DNA from: Burkholderiales bacterium
Lineage (GTDB): Bacteria > Pseudomonadota > Gammaproteobacteria > Burkholderiales > Burkholderiaceae_C
DNA: 64,000 bases
Assembly (NCBI GenBank): GCA_031431125.1
Contig: JANPCX010000040.1
Span: forward strand, 46,994-110,993
Direction: 5' to 3'
This document shows, in pieces, positions 18,524-29,072 of the stretch (position 1 is its first letter; every line of letters begins with the position of its first letter). The notes under the pieces are model-generated. The model searched no databases and had not been told where the DNA came from. It saw only the letters and a program-made list of their open reading frames with translations. Position numbers and translations under genes: made by a program.

Positions 18524-19921
18524 ATGCCGTTGGATACTGCCCGTCGCACCAAATTGCCAGCCAGCCAAGCGCTCAATACCCTGAGCGGCTGGCTGCAGCA
18601 CCACCCTCGCAGCATCACCACTGGGCTGGTCGTGGTGCTGATTGGCTTTGCCGCAACTGCGTTCGGTTTGGCGCCCATGGTGCCGGATGCTTCCGACCTG
18701 CCAAGGCGGCTTGTGGCTCAAACGCTGCCGTCTTTGGACCTCAGTCCGCAGTTGGAACAACTGGCCGGCCAGGATCTGCAGCTGTTCCGTGGCGATGTGA
18801 CACGAGCAAGTGACACGGCGGACAGCCTCTTGCGGCGACTGCAGGTATCTGACCGCGAAGCCGCCGCCTTCGTGCGCAACGATCCCACCGCACGCAAACT
18901 GCTGGCAGGGCGTGGCGGCAAGATGGTGCAAGTACGCACCGATGCGCAAGGTCAGCTGCAAGAGCTGGTAGCGCGCTATCCGGCCGAGCGCAGCGATTTG
19001 GTGGCCACACACTTCACCCGGCTATCGATTCGACCCGATGGTTTGGGCTCGTTCACCAGCACCTCGGAGACCATCGGTTTGAGCAGCCAGTGGCGCTTGG
19101 GCAGCGGCAGCATCCGTTCGTCCTTGTTTGCTGCCACCGATGCCGCCAACATTCCCGACCCCATCGCGGTGCAAATGGCGGAAATTTTTTCCCCCGACAT
19201 CGACTTCCACCGCGAGCTGCGCAAAGGTGATTCGTTCAGCGTGGTCTATGAAATCCCAACCGCAGACGGCGAGACTATTTCCTGGAACCAAGGCACAGGA
19301 AGGGTACTGGCGGCTGAGTTCATCAACAAAGGCCGCAGCTACTCTGCTGTGTGGTTCCAAGAAGGCAGTGCCAAGGGTGCTTACTTCGACTTGAACGGCC
19401 AAAGCAAACAACGCAGTTTCTTGGCCAGCCCCATGGAGTTCTCGCGGGTGACCTCTGGTTTTGCCATGCGCCTGCACCCCATTTTGAACACCTGGCGCCA
19501 ACACAAAGGGGTGGACTACGGTGCCCCCACTGGAACCCCCGTGCGGACGGTGGCCGACGGTGTCGTGGATTTTGCCGGCTGGCAAAACGGTTACGGCAAC
19601 GTGGTGTCCATTAAACATGCGTCGGACAAATCTACGCTCTACGCACACTTGAGTCGAATCGACGTGAAAGTGGGTCAAAAAGTGGGGCAAGGCGACCACA
19701 TTGGCGCAGTCGGCGCAACAGGCTGGGCCACCGGTCCCCATCTTCACTTCGAACTGAAAGTGAAGGACGAACATGTCGATCCGATGATTTTGGCCAAGGG
19801 CGCAGAAGCATTGTCTTTGTCGGGCGCCGCCCGTGTTCAGTTCCAGCAATTGGCACAGGCGTCCAAATCCAAACTGGCCACCGCCCAAACCTTGGGTGAG
19901 AACGGCTGGATCGCCGAATAG
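18524..19921 (+). CDS. M23 family metallopeptidase (peptidoglycan DD-endopeptidase-like)
   Basis: 465 aa with an N-terminal TM segment and M23 motifs HKGVDYGAPTGTPV and GPHLHFE. Confidence 0.88.
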   Translation: MPLDTARRTKLPASQALNTLSGWLQHHPRSITTGLVVVLIGFAATAFGLAPMVPDASDLPRRLVAQTLPSLDLSPQLEQLAGQDLQLFRGDVTRASDTADSLLRRLQVSDREAAAFVRNDPTARKLLAGRGGKMVQVRTDAQGQLQELVARYPAERSDLVATHFTRLSIRPDGLGSFTSTSETIGLSSQWRLGSGSIRSSLFAATDAANIPDPIAVQMAEIFSPDIDFHRELRKGDSFSVVYEIPTADGETISWNQGTGRVLAAEFINKGRSYSAVWFQEGSAKGAYFDLNGQSKQRSFLASPMEFSRVTSGFAMRLHPILNTWRQHKGVDYGAPTGTPVRTVADGVVDFAGWQNGYGNVVSIKHASDKSTLYAHLSRIDVKVGQKVGQGDHIGAVGATGWATGPHLHFELKVKDEHVDPMILAKGAEALSLSGAARVQFQQLAQASKSKLATAQTLGENGWIAE

Positions 19922-19974
19922 GCCCCCACTTGATTCCGTCTGCAACACGGCCCAGCGCAGTCACGCCAGAGCAA

Positions 19975-21129
19975 ATGCAGGAGCTGTACATCGGACTGAT
20001 GTCTGGCACTTCCATGGATGGTGTCGATGCAGTGCTGGTGCAAATCACCCCCCCGTCAAAGCAAGCCGGTGCCGGAACATCTTCGCCCCTCGCCGTCATC
20101 GGCCATGTGCACCGTCCCTACAACGCCATGCTGGTGAACGAGCTGCTGTCGCTCAACCGCACAGGCGACGACGAGTTGCACCGCGCCGCCTTGGCCGCCA
20201 ACGCCGTGTCCCGGGTTTATGCACAGGCCGTCCTCGGTCTCCTACAAGACACGGGGATCAAGCCTGAGCAGATCACTGCCATTGCAAGCCACGGACAAAC
20301 AGTACGCCACCTACCTCGTCTTGCAGATGGTTCTTTGGGCTACACGCTGCAATTGAACCAACCAGCCTTGCTGGCCGAGTGGTGCGGCATCGACGTGATC
20401 GCTGATTTCCGCAGCCGAGATGTGGCCGCTGGCGGGCAAGGCGCGCCCCTGGTGCCCGCCTTCCATCATGCGCTCTTCGCGGAGCCCGGCGTGGACCGTG
20501 CCGTGCTGAACGTCGGAGGCATCAGCAACCTGAGTTTGCTCAAGCGCGACGGCACTTGTTTGGGCCTGGATTGCGGGCCCGGCAATGTGCTGATGGACCA
20601 TTGGTGCCAACAACACACCGGTGCGCCCTACGATGACGCAGGTCGCTGGGCTGCACAGGGTCAGGTCAATCAAGCGTTGCTGGATATTTTCCTCAGCGAA
20701 CCTTACTTTGCGCGGCCAGCCCCCAAAAGTACCGGTCGAGATCTGTTCAATAGCGAGTGGCTGCATCAGAAGCTGACAGCTGCGGGCCCCGTCGGGTCGG
20801 TGCCCGCAAGTGATGTCCAAGCGACCCTGTTGGCCCTGACCGCACGATCCATCACCCATGAATTGCGGCACGCCATGAACGAGGTTCAAGCCCTCTATGT
20901 TTGCGGCGGTGGCGCATACAACAAGGCATTGATGTCTGCGCTGACCCAAGCGCTTCCCGGCACCCGCGTCGAAACGACCGCCGCACTGGGTTTGCCCCCA
21001 GAACAAGTCGAAGCCGCGGCTTTTGCGTGGCTGGCCTGGGCACATCAACACCGGATACCGGGCAATGTGCCCGCCGTGACTGGGGCGAAGGGACCGCGTG
21101 TGCTCGGAGCGCTGTATCCGGCGCGTTGA
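19975..21129 (+). CDS. anmK: Anhydro-N-acetylmuramic acid kinase
   Basis: ORF 19930..21129. The ATG at 19975 gives the canonical N-terminus MQELYIGLMSGTSMDGVD. The rest of the sequence is AnmK-like throughout. Confidence 0.9.
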   Translation: MQELYIGLMSGTSMDGVDAVLVQITPPSKQAGAGTSSPLAVIGHVHRPYNAMLVNELLSLNRTGDDELHRAALAANAVSRVYAQAVLGLLQDTGIKPEQITAIASHGQTVRHLPRLADGSLGYTLQLNQPALLAEWCGIDVIADFRSRDVAAGGQGAPLVPAFHHALFAEPGVDRAVLNVGGISNLSLLKRDGTCLGLDCGPGNVLMDHWCQQHTGAPYDDAGRWAAQGQVNQALLDIFLSEPYFARPAPKSTGRDLFNSEWLHQKLTAAGPVGSVPASDVQATLLALTARSITHELRHAMNEVQALYVCGGGAYNKALMSALTQALPGTRVETTAALGLPPEQVEAAAFAWLAWAHQHRIPGNVPAVTGAKGPRVLGALYPAR

Positions 21130-21153
21130 TCACACACAGGCACCACCAATACA

Positions 21154-21180
21154 AAGGCCACCTTGCGGTGGCCTTTTTTT
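21154..21180. terminator. Bidirectional rho-independent terminator
   Basis: AAGGCCACC-TTGC-GGTGGCCTTTTTTT lies between convergent anmK and erpA. Confidence 0.75.
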
Positions 21181-21192
21181 AAGCGTGAAGAC

Positions 21193-21573
21193 TCAGACGG
21201 AAAAACTTGAACCACAACCACAGGTCGTGGTGGCATTGGGGTTTTTGATGACGAACTGTGCGCCTTGTAGATCGTCTTTGTAGTCGATCTCGGCACCGGC
21301 CAGGTACTGCAAGCTCATCGCATCGATGAGGAGTGTGACGCCGTTCTTGTTCATTTGGGTATCGTCTTCGTTGACGATCTCGTCAAAGGTGAAACCGTAC
21401 TGAAAACCTGAACAGCCGCCGCCCTGCACAAAAACCCGCAGCTTCAGTTCGGGGTTCCCCTCTTCATCAACCAGCTCTTTCACTTTGGAGGCGGCACTGT
21501 CGGTGAACACCAACGGCACCGGTGGTGCAATCTCCGTGTTCGGTGTGGAGGTTTGTTGTGCAAGTGCGCTCAT
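21193..21573 (-). CDS. erpA: Iron-sulfur cluster insertion protein ErpA (A-type carrier)
   Basis: 126 aa with [11 protein letters not shown] and a C-terminal CGCGSSFSV motif. Confidence 0.9.
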   Translation of the reverse strand: MSALAQQTSTPNTEIAPPVPLVFTDSAASKVKELVDEEGNPELKLRVFVQGGGCSGFQYGFTFDEIVNEDDTQMNKNGVTLLIDAMSLQYLAGAEIDYKDDLQGAQFVIKNPNATTTCGCGSSFSV

Positions 21574-21620
21574 GGCATTTCCTTCAATTCAAGTCTTTAA
21601 CGATTCTGTTCACGGTTCAA

Positions 21621-22019
21621 TCAAACATCAGCCGCAGATGCAGCCAACTTCAGCACGGGGGCGGCATCAGCCTTGATGGGGTGCACCTCACCATCAATGG
21701 AGGCACCTTGGTGCATTTCAAGCACGCCATAGCTGATATTTCCAATAACCCGGGCTTTGGGCTGCAACTCCAACAGCTCGTCGGAATGCACCGGGCCCAC
21801 CACCTCGCCACTGATGATCACATGCCCGGCCATGACCTTGCCGGTAACGCGGGCATTTTCGCTGATCACCAAGATGCTGGCACCGTCTCCCACCGCGGTC
21901 ACATCGCCATTGACATGGCCATCAATGCGCATGCCCTCGGAAAACTTCAGTGCCCCTTCGATCACAGTTCCTTCACCAATCAAGGTACGAATCGGTGGTT
22001 GTTTTTTCTTATTGAACAT
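21621..22019 (-). CDS. Polymer-forming cytoskeletal protein (bactofilin)
   Basis: 132 aa with repetitive beta-helix-like G-x-V/I-x-G pattern (IEGALKFSEGMRIDGHVNGDV...VTGKVMAGHVIISGEVVG). Confidence 0.8.
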   Translation of the reverse strand: MFNKKKQPPIRTLIGEGTVIEGALKFSEGMRIDGHVNGDVTAVGDGASILVISENARVTGKVMAGHVIISGEVVGPVHSDELLELQPKARVIGNISYGVLEMHQGASIDGEVHPIKADAAPVLKLAASAADV

Positions 22020-22095
22020 GTGCGCACCTATGGAGTTGTCTGACTCAGAGGTTGAGAATTATTTCAACGGGCATGAACAACATATGCCCAGCCTC

Positions 22096-22818
22096 TCAGA
22101 GTTTTGTGGTTTGGCTCGCCTTGACCGCACCCTGCGCGTCAAGCACCTTGACAGTCACGCTTTTTACCACGGCAACGGCGGGAAATTCAATCATTCCCTC
22201 CAGTCGCAAATACTGCTTGAGAACAAAGTTCGTTTTGGTCGGCGGCGGAACCCAGGTCCAGGGCTTGCCATCGAGCTGGCCAGCGAGGGTGAGTTCGTAG
22301 CGTCCTTGAAACTCAGGCAAGGTTTTTCCAAGTTGCATCAACAGCAATTGAAACCTCATCTGACCTGGCGCTTGTGGCTCAAGCTGCAGTCCACGAACTG
22401 AGATTCCTTGGTTGTCTGATCCGCTGGAATTCGCGGGCATCAACCGTTCGAAAAACCCTAAATCGGCCTTCAAGGCCATGACCTCGGTTTGCGACGCCTT
22501 GAGCTGCTGCACCAAGCTGTCGTAGGAGGCCTGATCTGTTTTCCACTTGCTTTCAGCAATGTTGGCAGATGACACCGCGGCATCACGCTCGGCCTTGAGC
22601 TTGTCAGCTTGAGATCGCAGCTCCAGCAACTCCGCCTTGGCGTTGCGATCCAGGCCCGCGATCTCCTTGCCAAATTCAAACGCCCACAAGGCCAAAGCCG
22701 CAGAAAAGCCAAGCATCAAGGCCAGGGCCACCCAGCGCAACGGCCAAGGCAGATGACTGCGCACGATCATCCGAGGTGCGCTCACTGACAGTCGCCGTCG
22801 CAGTAGTTTCCAGCGCAT
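22096..22818 (-). CDS. Membrane-anchored coiled-coil hypothetical protein
   Basis: 240 aa with one TM (WPLRWVALALMLGFSAALALWAF), then a heptad-like stretch (ELLELRSQADKLKAERD...QLKASQTEVMALKADL). It is on the same strand, immediately upstream of the bactofilin gene. Confidence 0.6.
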   Translation of the reverse strand: MRWKLLRRRLSVSAPRMIVRSHLPWPLRWVALALMLGFSAALALWAFEFGKEIAGLDRNAKAELLELRSQADKLKAERDAAVSSANIAESKWKTDQASYDSLVQQLKASQTEVMALKADLGFFERLMPANSSGSDNQGISVRGLQLEPQAPGQMRFQLLLMQLGKTLPEFQGRYELTLAGQLDGKPWTWVPPPTKTNFVLKQYLRLEGMIEFPAVAVVKSVTVKVLDAQGAVKASQTTKL

Positions 22819-22840
22819 GGTTTAGAAGGAAAACCTGACG

Positions 22841-22874
22841 TTCAAACAAAACAGGCCGCAATAAAGCGGCCTGT
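22841..22874 (-). terminator. Rho-independent terminator downstream of rpsI
   Basis: ACAGGCCGC-AATAAA-GCGGCCTGT (9-bp stem) is followed on the minus strand by TTTTGTTTG. Confidence 0.6.
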
Positions 22875-22913
22875 CGTGATGTGCTGCAAGAGCTTCTTTC
22901 GCGCGTTAGGAAA

Positions 22914-23309
22914 TTAGCGCTTGCTGAACTGCTTACGACGACGAGCGCCGTGGAAACCAACCTTCTTACGCTCAACTTCACGCGCATCACGCGTGACAAA
23001 ACCAGCGTGTTTCAGTGGTGGCTTCAGTGCCGCGTCATAGTCGATCAATGCGCGGGTGATGCCATGACGAACTGCACCGGCTTGGCCCGATTCGCCGCCG
23101 CCATGCACATTGACTTTGACATCAAATGCCGCTTCGTTGGAGGTCAGCATCAAAGGCTGCTTCACCACCATGATCGAGGTTTGACGACCAAAATACTGCT
23201 CAACGGGTTTGCCGTTGACAATGATTTGACCCGTGCCCTTTTTGATGAACACACGCGCGACCGACGATTTGCGCCGACCCGTTCCGTAATTCCAATTTCC
23301 AATCATCAC
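22914..23309 (-). CDS. rpsI: 30S ribosomal protein S9
   Basis: 131 aa ending ...RRKQFSKR, with GGGxSGQAGA motif. Confidence 0.97.
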   Translation of the reverse strand: MMIGNWNYGTGRRKSSVARVFIKKGTGQIIVNGKPVEQYFGRQTSIMVVKQPLMLTSNEAAFDVKVNVHGGGESGQAGAVRHGITRALIDYDAALKPPLKHAGFVTRDAREVERKKVGFHGARRRKQFSKR

Positions 23310-23315
23310 GGTTCC

Positions 23316-23744
23316 TTAGATGTCCAGCACTTTGGGCTGCTGAGCCGTATGCGGATGCGAGGCACCGGCATAAACCTTCAGCTTCTTGATCATGGCGTAA
23401 CCCAGCGGACCCTTGGGGAGCATGCCTTTGACGGCTTTCTCAATCGCACGGGTAGGGTGCTTGGCTTGCATGTCTTTGAACTTGGTGGCATGGATGCCAC
23501 CAGGATGACCAGAGTGACAGTAGTACACCTTGTCATTGGCTTTGTTGCCAGTCACGCGGATTTTGTCGGAGTTAACGATGACGATGAAGTCGCCGGTGTC
23601 GACGTGAGGCGTGTAAATGGCTTTGTGTTTGCCGCGCAAGCGGAGGGCGACTTCACTGGCCACCCGTCCGAGAACCTTATCGGTCGCGTCAATCACAAAC
23701 CACTCATGCGTCACTTCGGCCGGTTTGGCGCTGAAGGTTTTCAT
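23316..23744 (-). CDS. rplM: 50S ribosomal protein L13
   Basis: 142 aa starting [20 protein letters not shown]... It lies 6 nt upstream of rpsI. Confidence 0.97.
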   Translation of the reverse strand: MKTFSAKPAEVTHEWFVIDATDKVLGRVASEVALRLRGKHKAIYTPHVDTGDFIVIVNSDKIRVTGNKANDKVYYCHSGHPGGIHATKFKDMQAKHPTRAIEKAVKGMLPKGPLGYAMIKKLKVYAGASHPHTAQQPKVLDI

Positions 23745-24044
23745 GGTGTTTCGATGAGTTAATTTTGTCCTGTACCACTGAACTGCACACGGTCGGTACC
23801 GCTTCTTAAGGATGGCGGCCTCTTAGGTGGCAATACAGTGACGCAACAACTCGTCGCTGCTGCAGCTCCCCCGGACACATCAGGGAGAACCCAGAATTAT
23901 ATCAGCTTCGCCGCCAAAAATGCCACTCGGCAGTTTCCTTGGGCCTTCGAGCGGTGCCGCGCCGCAGACCATCGCGTGGTGACGACCGCCAATACGCTTC
24001 GAAGCGAGAGCACATTAGTGGCGTCAGCCTAGGGTAAACCCGAT

Positions 24045-24908
24045 ATGATGCAGCAACCCAGGCATTGCCGGAGTAACTACCCCATGGAAACACCAAGCCG
24101 CCACGCGCCATCCGATTTGGTTGCTGAATTTGAACCGCTCCAAGCCGAGGACAGCGATGCCGTCAGTCCACAGCCCAAGGACGGCCCGACCCCGCCGCCC
24201 AAGAAGGCGCCGCTGTACGAACGTTTGTGGACCTGGGTTCCGATACGGGCATTGGCACCGCGCCACCGTGATCGTATTGCGCAGCACCTGCTAAGCCTGC
24301 CGGCACACGATCTTTATTTGCGCTTTGGATACATCGCGAGCCCAGCCCAAGTTCGCAAGTACGTAGACATGCTGGACTTTGAACGCGACGAGGTATTTGG
24401 GATTTTCAATCGACACCTGGCATTGATTGCCATGGCTCATCTGGCCTACCCACCCTCCAGTGCGGGACATGTGACCAACCGAATGGCGGAGTTCGGGGTT
24501 TCGGTGTTGCCGAGCAAACGCGGGCGAGGCTACGGAAGCCAGCTATTTGATCACGCCGTCTTGCACGCCCGCAACCGCAATGTGGACGCTCTCTTCATAC
24601 ACGCGCTGTCGGAAAACGACGCCATGCTGAAAATTGCCCGTCGTTCGGGTGCGGTGGTCAAGCGGCAGGCCAATGAGAGCGAAGCATGGCTGGCGCTCCC
24701 CGATGACAACTTGGCATCACATCTCGAAGAGGCCTTGGTGGATCAAGCAGCCGAGCTGAACTACCAGTTCAAGGCGCAGGCCAAAGGCTTGCAAGACCTG
24801 TTGGGATCGGCATGGGGTGTGACGCATGACGACACCCCCGGCGTCCCGACAGACCTCAGTGGCTTGCACCAACCCGACCGTCTTGGCTCAAATGACAAGA
24901 AAGCCTGA
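24045..24908 (+). CDS. GNAT family N-acetyltransferase with N-terminal extension
   Basis: 287 aa. The acetyl-CoA binding-type segment is VSVLPSKRGRGYGSQLFDHAVLHARNRNVDALFIH. The N-terminal ~70 aa are Pro-rich and low complexity. Confidence 0.7.
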   Translation: MMQQPRHCRSNYPMETPSRHAPSDLVAEFEPLQAEDSDAVSPQPKDGPTPPPKKAPLYERLWTWVPIRALAPRHRDRIAQHLLSLPAHDLYLRFGYIASPAQVRKYVDMLDFERDEVFGIFNRHLALIAMAHLAYPPSSAGHVTNRMAEFGVSVLPSKRGRGYGSQLFDHAVLHARNRNVDALFIHALSENDAMLKIARRSGAVVKRQANESEAWLALPDDNLASHLEEALVDQAAELNYQFKAQAKGLQDLLGSAWGVTHDDTPGVPTDLSGLHQPDRLGSNDKKA

Positions 24909-25116
24909 CCGCTCCCTACTCAGAAACGAGGGCTTGATTCCCGCTGTTTGGCCTCAATCACCTCGCTTAGGGGGATGTTTTCCGGGACCAGACCAAGTAA
25001 CATATTGTCACGTTAGGTGAACCAATGCCCGCAAGCAAAGTTTGTGATCACTGCGAAGCTATGAGACAGTCTCTAACGCTTTCCATTTTGATTAATTGCA
25101 GTACCGCCCCCCGTAG

Positions 25117-25929
25117 ATGAGTAATTCGACCTGGATCTTGGCTGGCGCAGCAATCTGTTTGCTGATGATGGCCGTCACCTACTGGGGCCTCATGGGCCGG
25201 CGCAAACAGCCGCTGCCGCTGCCCACCGATTGGGCCCTGACGCCGCGGCCCGTGTTCAACACCAACGAGCGCCGCGCCTACCGTCTGCTGCGGGACGCAC
25301 TTCCCCAGCATGTCATTCTCTCCAAGCTGCCCTTGGTTCGTTTTTGCCAGCCTGTGGATACCAGCCAAACCCGATACTGGTACGACCTGCTTGGCGCCAT
25401 TCACGTCGGTTTTGCGATTTGCAGTGCCAACGGGCGCGTCTTGGCGGCCATCGACTTGGAGTTGGATCGCGGCACCTCGCGCCGCATCATTCAGATCAAA
25501 CAGTCTGTGCTGGCGGCGTGCCGAATTCAGTATCTGCGCTGCCCCCCCGACCAGCTACCGTCCTTGGACGAGCTGCACCAGCTGGTGCCGCAACAGGCGG
25601 GCACAGCGCCGCTCAGTCCAGCACAAAGCCTGCCTGTTCCGGCTGGTTTGAGCCAAGCCCGTGAATCCTTGGTGACAGCGGTGGCCTCGCGCAGAGCACA
25701 GCGCACCCATTTGTGGCAGGACACCAACGCCTTCCAAGACTCTTTCTTTGCACCCGACAGTCGTTTCGACAGCTTGCGCGGTCTGGAATTCGCTGCTGAA
25801 GACCCTCCAGAAGAAGCGATGCAACACACCGCACCGCCACGCGACCAACGCCCCCACTACCGTGACGACGACGTCGCGGGCGTGGTCGACGACATGCCAG
25901 GCAGCAAACCCCAGTTACGCGGCGCTTGA
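25117..25929 (+). CDS. DUF2726-like membrane protein
   Basis: 270 aa with an N-terminal TM (WILAGAAICLLMMAVTYWGL), then FNTNERRAYRLLRDALPQHVILSKLPLVRF...VGFAICSANGRVLAAIDLE, which resembles DUF2726. The C-terminal third is Pro/Asp-rich and looks disordered. Confidence 0.62.
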   Translation: MSNSTWILAGAAICLLMMAVTYWGLMGRRKQPLPLPTDWALTPRPVFNTNERRAYRLLRDALPQHVILSKLPLVRFCQPVDTSQTRYWYDLLGAIHVGFAICSANGRVLAAIDLELDRGTSRRIIQIKQSVLAACRIQYLRCPPDQLPSLDELHQLVPQQAGTAPLSPAQSLPVPAGLSQARESLVTAVASRRAQRTHLWQDTNAFQDSFFAPDSRFDSLRGLEFAAEDPPEEAMQHTAPPRDQRPHYRDDDVAGVVDDMPGSKPQLRGA

Positions 25930-25983
25930 GTGCGCTCCTTGCAGCTTGGGCAGGGTTCAGAAATAGCGGGATAGCATCGGGCC

Positions 25984-27060
25984 ATGCCCAATGAAACGAC
26001 GCCCGCCGCGACACGGCACCCAGAAAGTTTGGACAACCACACACCCTACGAGGGGCTGACGCCAGACGTCGTGCTCGACGCTTTGGCTGAAGTAGGCTGT
26101 TTTGGTGATGGCCGACTGATCCAACTCAATTCGTATGAGAACCGTGTCTTTCAAGTGTTCTTGGAAGACAAGTCCGTCGTCGTGGCCAAGTTTTACAGGC
26201 CTAACCGCTGGTCAGACGCACAAATTCTGGAAGAACACGCTTACGCTCAAGAGCTGGCCGAGCAAGACATCCCTGTGATCGCGCCGCTCGTGCTGACACC
26301 CGCAGCCCAGGCTGCCGGCGCAACGACGGTGTCAACTGGGCCCAATACCTTGGCGACCGTGCGCACCGCTGCTGGGCCGCATCGGTTTTCTCTCAGCCCA
26401 CGTCGATCCGGTCGATCTCCGGAGCTGGAAGATCCTCAGGTGTTGGAATGGATAGGCCGCTTCATCGGACGCATGCACGCCGTCGGCCGCAAGCAGCCGT
26501 TCAAGCACCGTCGCACGCTGACCGTGGCGGAGTTTGGACTGGCCTCACGCGACTACCTGCTGGCTCACAACGTGGTGTCACCCGAATGGCAAGAACAGTG
26601 GACCACTTTGGTCAACCAAGTCCTCCAGCTCACTCAAGAACGTTTCGACGAACTGCAAAGCGCAGGCAGTGCAGCAGCCATTCGATTGCATGGCGATTGC
26701 CATGTCGGCAATGTGCTGTGGACTGAAAGCGGGCCACACTTCGTGGACCTCGACGATGCGGTGATGGGTCCTTCAGTGCAAGACCTGTGGATGCTGCTCT
26801 CGGGTGATCCGCAAGCCGCCAAAGGCCAGCTGCGCGCGCTGCTGGCCGGTTATGAGCAGTTCATGGACTTTGACGACCGCGAGCTTTCGTTGATTGAACC
26901 ACTGCGCAGCCTGCGCATCATTCATTACAGCGCCTGGCTGGCACGCCGCTGGAGTGACCCTGCTTTCCCAGCCGCTTTCCCGTGGTTCGGTACTTCCGCC
27001 TACTGGTCCGAACAGATCACCCAGTTGCAGGATCAGTTGGATGCGATGCAAGGGGCTTGA
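25984..27060 (+). CDS. srkA: Stress response serine/threonine kinase (SrkA/YihE/RdoA family)
   Basis: 358 aa with LNSYENRVFQV near the N-terminus, catalytic loop HGDCHVGNVLW and DLDD. Confidence 0.85.
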   Translation: MPNETTPAATRHPESLDNHTPYEGLTPDVVLDALAEVGCFGDGRLIQLNSYENRVFQVFLEDKSVVVAKFYRPNRWSDAQILEEHAYAQELAEQDIPVIAPLVLTPAAQAAGATTVSTGPNTLATVRTAAGPHRFSLSPRRSGRSPELEDPQVLEWIGRFIGRMHAVGRKQPFKHRRTLTVAEFGLASRDYLLAHNVVSPEWQEQWTTLVNQVLQLTQERFDELQSAGSAAAIRLHGDCHVGNVLWTESGPHFVDLDDAVMGPSVQDLWMLLSGDPQAAKGQLRALLAGYEQFMDFDDRELSLIEPLRSLRIIHYSAWLARRWSDPAFPAAFPWFGTSAYWSEQITQLQDQLDAMQGA

Positions 27061-27083
27061 GCCCTTGCATCACAACTGGCCCA

Positions 27084-28967
27084 TCAAGCCGCCAACAACA
27101 GCTCATTCACCCGCTTCACATACGCCGCTGGGTCTTCGAGTTGCCCGCCTTCGGCGAGCAAGGCTTGGTCGAACAAGATGTGGGCCAAGGCATCGAACTG
27201 GTCGGACTTCTCCAAACGTTTGACCAGGGCGTGCTCGGTGTTCACTTCCAGGATGGGCTGTGCCTTGGGTGCGTCTTGCCCGGCCTGTTTCAGCATGCGC
27301 GCCAGGTGGCCGCTCATATCACCTTCTTCCATCACCAAACAGGCGGGTGAATCGACCAAACGGGTGGTGATGCGCACGTCTTTGGCGCGGTCTTTGAGAG
27401 TTTCTTTCAAACGGTCGAGTACGGGTTTGAAAGCGGTCGCGGCTTCTTCGGCTTGTTTTTTCTCGTCTTCGTCTTGCAGCTTGCCCAGGTCGACAGCGCC
27501 CTTGGCCACGCTTTGCAGGGGGTGGCCATCGAACTCGTAGAGGTGGCTGAGTAACCACTCGTCCACGCGGTCGATCAGCAGCAGCACCTCGATGCCTTTT
27601 TTGCGGAAGACCTCTAACTGGGGACTGCTCTTGGCCGCGGCCAGGCTGTCGGCGGTGATGACGTAGACGGCGTCTTGGCCTTCCTTCATGCGCTGGACGT
27701 AGTCGGTGAGCGAGACGCCCTCATCAGCGTGGGTGGACGCAAACCGGAACAGTTTGGACAGCCGTTCGCGGTTGGAAAAGTCTTCGCCTATGCCTTCTTT
27801 GAGCACACTGCCAAAATCTTTCCAGAACTTGGCGTACTTCTCCCGGTCGGCTGCGTCTTCACTGTCGGCCAGTGATTCGAGCATGCTCAAGACACGTTTG
27901 GTCGAGCCTTCACGGATGGCTTTCACGTCGCGGCTTTCTTGCAGCAGCTCGCGGCTCACGTTCAGCGGCAAGTCGCTGCTGTCGATCACCCCTTTGACGA
28001 AACGCAGGTAGACGGGCATCAGCGCCTCGGCATCGTCCATGATGAAGACACGTTTCACATACAACTTCACACCGCCGCGTTTGTCACGGTTCCACAAGTC
28101 CATGGGCGCTTTGGCGGGAACGTAGAGCAGTTGGGTGTATTCGCTGCGGCCTTCCACTCGGTTGTGGGTAGTGGCCAAGGGCGCCTCCGTGTCGAAGCTG
28201 ATTTGTTTGTAGAACTCGTCGTATTGCTCTGGGGTGATGTCGCTCTTGGCGCGGGTCCACAGGGCCGCTGCTTTGTTGACCGGTGTCCACTCTTCTTGTT
28301 TGACCTGCTTTTGCGCCTCGGCGTCCCATTCTTCTTTTTGCATCAAGATGGGCAGCGAGATGTGGTCGGAGTATTTGCTGATGATGCTGCGCAGTTTCCA
28401 GCCGCTCAAATACTCTTCTTCGCCGTCGCGCAAATGCAAAATCACGCTGGTACCGCGCGCGGCACGGGTGATGGTTTCCAACTCGTACTCGCCGGCGCCT
28501 TCGGAACTCCAGCGCACGCCCTCTTCGGGCTGCAAACCGGCGCGGCGCGACTCCACGGTGATGCGGTCGGCCACGATGAAGCCGCTGTAAAAACCCACGC
28601 CAAATTGGCCGATCAGTTGGGCGTCTTTTTTCTTGTCACCTTCCAGCGCCGCCATGAACTCACGTGTGCCGCTCTTGGCAATGGTGCCCAAATTGGATGC
28701 CGCTTCCTCGCTGGACAGGCCGATGCCGTTGTCCGTGATGGTCAGCGTTTTAGTCTCGGCATCAAAACTCACCCGCACTTCCAGGTTGGGCGTGTCTTCA
28801 AACAACTCGGCGCGGTTCAGCGCCTCAAAACGCAGCTTGTCGCAGGCATCCGACGCGTTGGACACCAACTCGCGCAAGAAAATTTCCTTGTTCGAGTAGA
28901 GCGCATGCGTCACCAGGTGCAGGATTTGTTTGACTTCGGCTTGGAAGGAATGGGTTTGTTTGGTCAT
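27084..28967 (-). CDS. htpG: Molecular chaperone HtpG (Hsp90)
   Basis: ORF 27084..29018. The ATG at 28967 gives [41 protein letters not shown], the canonical Hsp90 N-terminus. Confidence 0.96.
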   Translation of the reverse strand: MTKQTHSFQAEVKQILHLVTHALYSNKEIFLRELVSNASDACDKLRFEALNRAELFEDTPNLEVRVSFDAETKTLTITDNGIGLSSEEAASNLGTIAKSGTREFMAALEGDKKKDAQLIGQFGVGFYSGFIVADRITVESRRAGLQPEEGVRWSSEGAGEYELETITRAARGTSVILHLRDGEEEYLSGWKLRSIISKYSDHISLPILMQKEEWDAEAQKQVKQEEWTPVNKAAALWTRAKSDITPEQYDEFYKQISFDTEAPLATTHNRVEGRSEYTQLLYVPAKAPMDLWNRDKRGGVKLYVKRVFIMDDAEALMPVYLRFVKGVIDSSDLPLNVSRELLQESRDVKAIREGSTKRVLSMLESLADSEDAADREKYAKFWKDFGSVLKEGIGEDFSNRERLSKLFRFASTHADEGVSLTDYVQRMKEGQDAVYVITADSLAAAKSSPQLEVFRKKGIEVLLLIDRVDEWLLSHLYEFDGHPLQSVAKGAVDLGKLQDEDEKKQAEEAATAFKPVLDRLKETLKDRAKDVRITTRLVDSPACLVMEEGDMSGHLARMLKQAGQDAPKAQPILEVNTEHALVKRLEKSDQFDALAHILFDQALLAEGGQLEDPAAYVKRVNELLLAA

Positions 28968-29072
28968 GGTGGGCAACAGATGTGAATTCAAAACTGGGTT
29001 GGTGCAAAACCGACTCAACCTTTACGGTCACCGGGCGCAGCCGTTGATTATCTGGTGGCGAAAACCGCCACT

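Noticed and set aside
27048-27069. Hairpin TGCAAGGGGC-TTGA-GCCCTTGCA overlapping the srkA stop, as a terminator
   Set aside because: The stem is imperfect, no T-run follows on either strand, and it lies largely within coding sequence.
27939-28985. 348-codon ORF antisense to htpG
   Set aside because: The htpG frame is unambiguous, and the antisense product has no motifs and a skewed composition.
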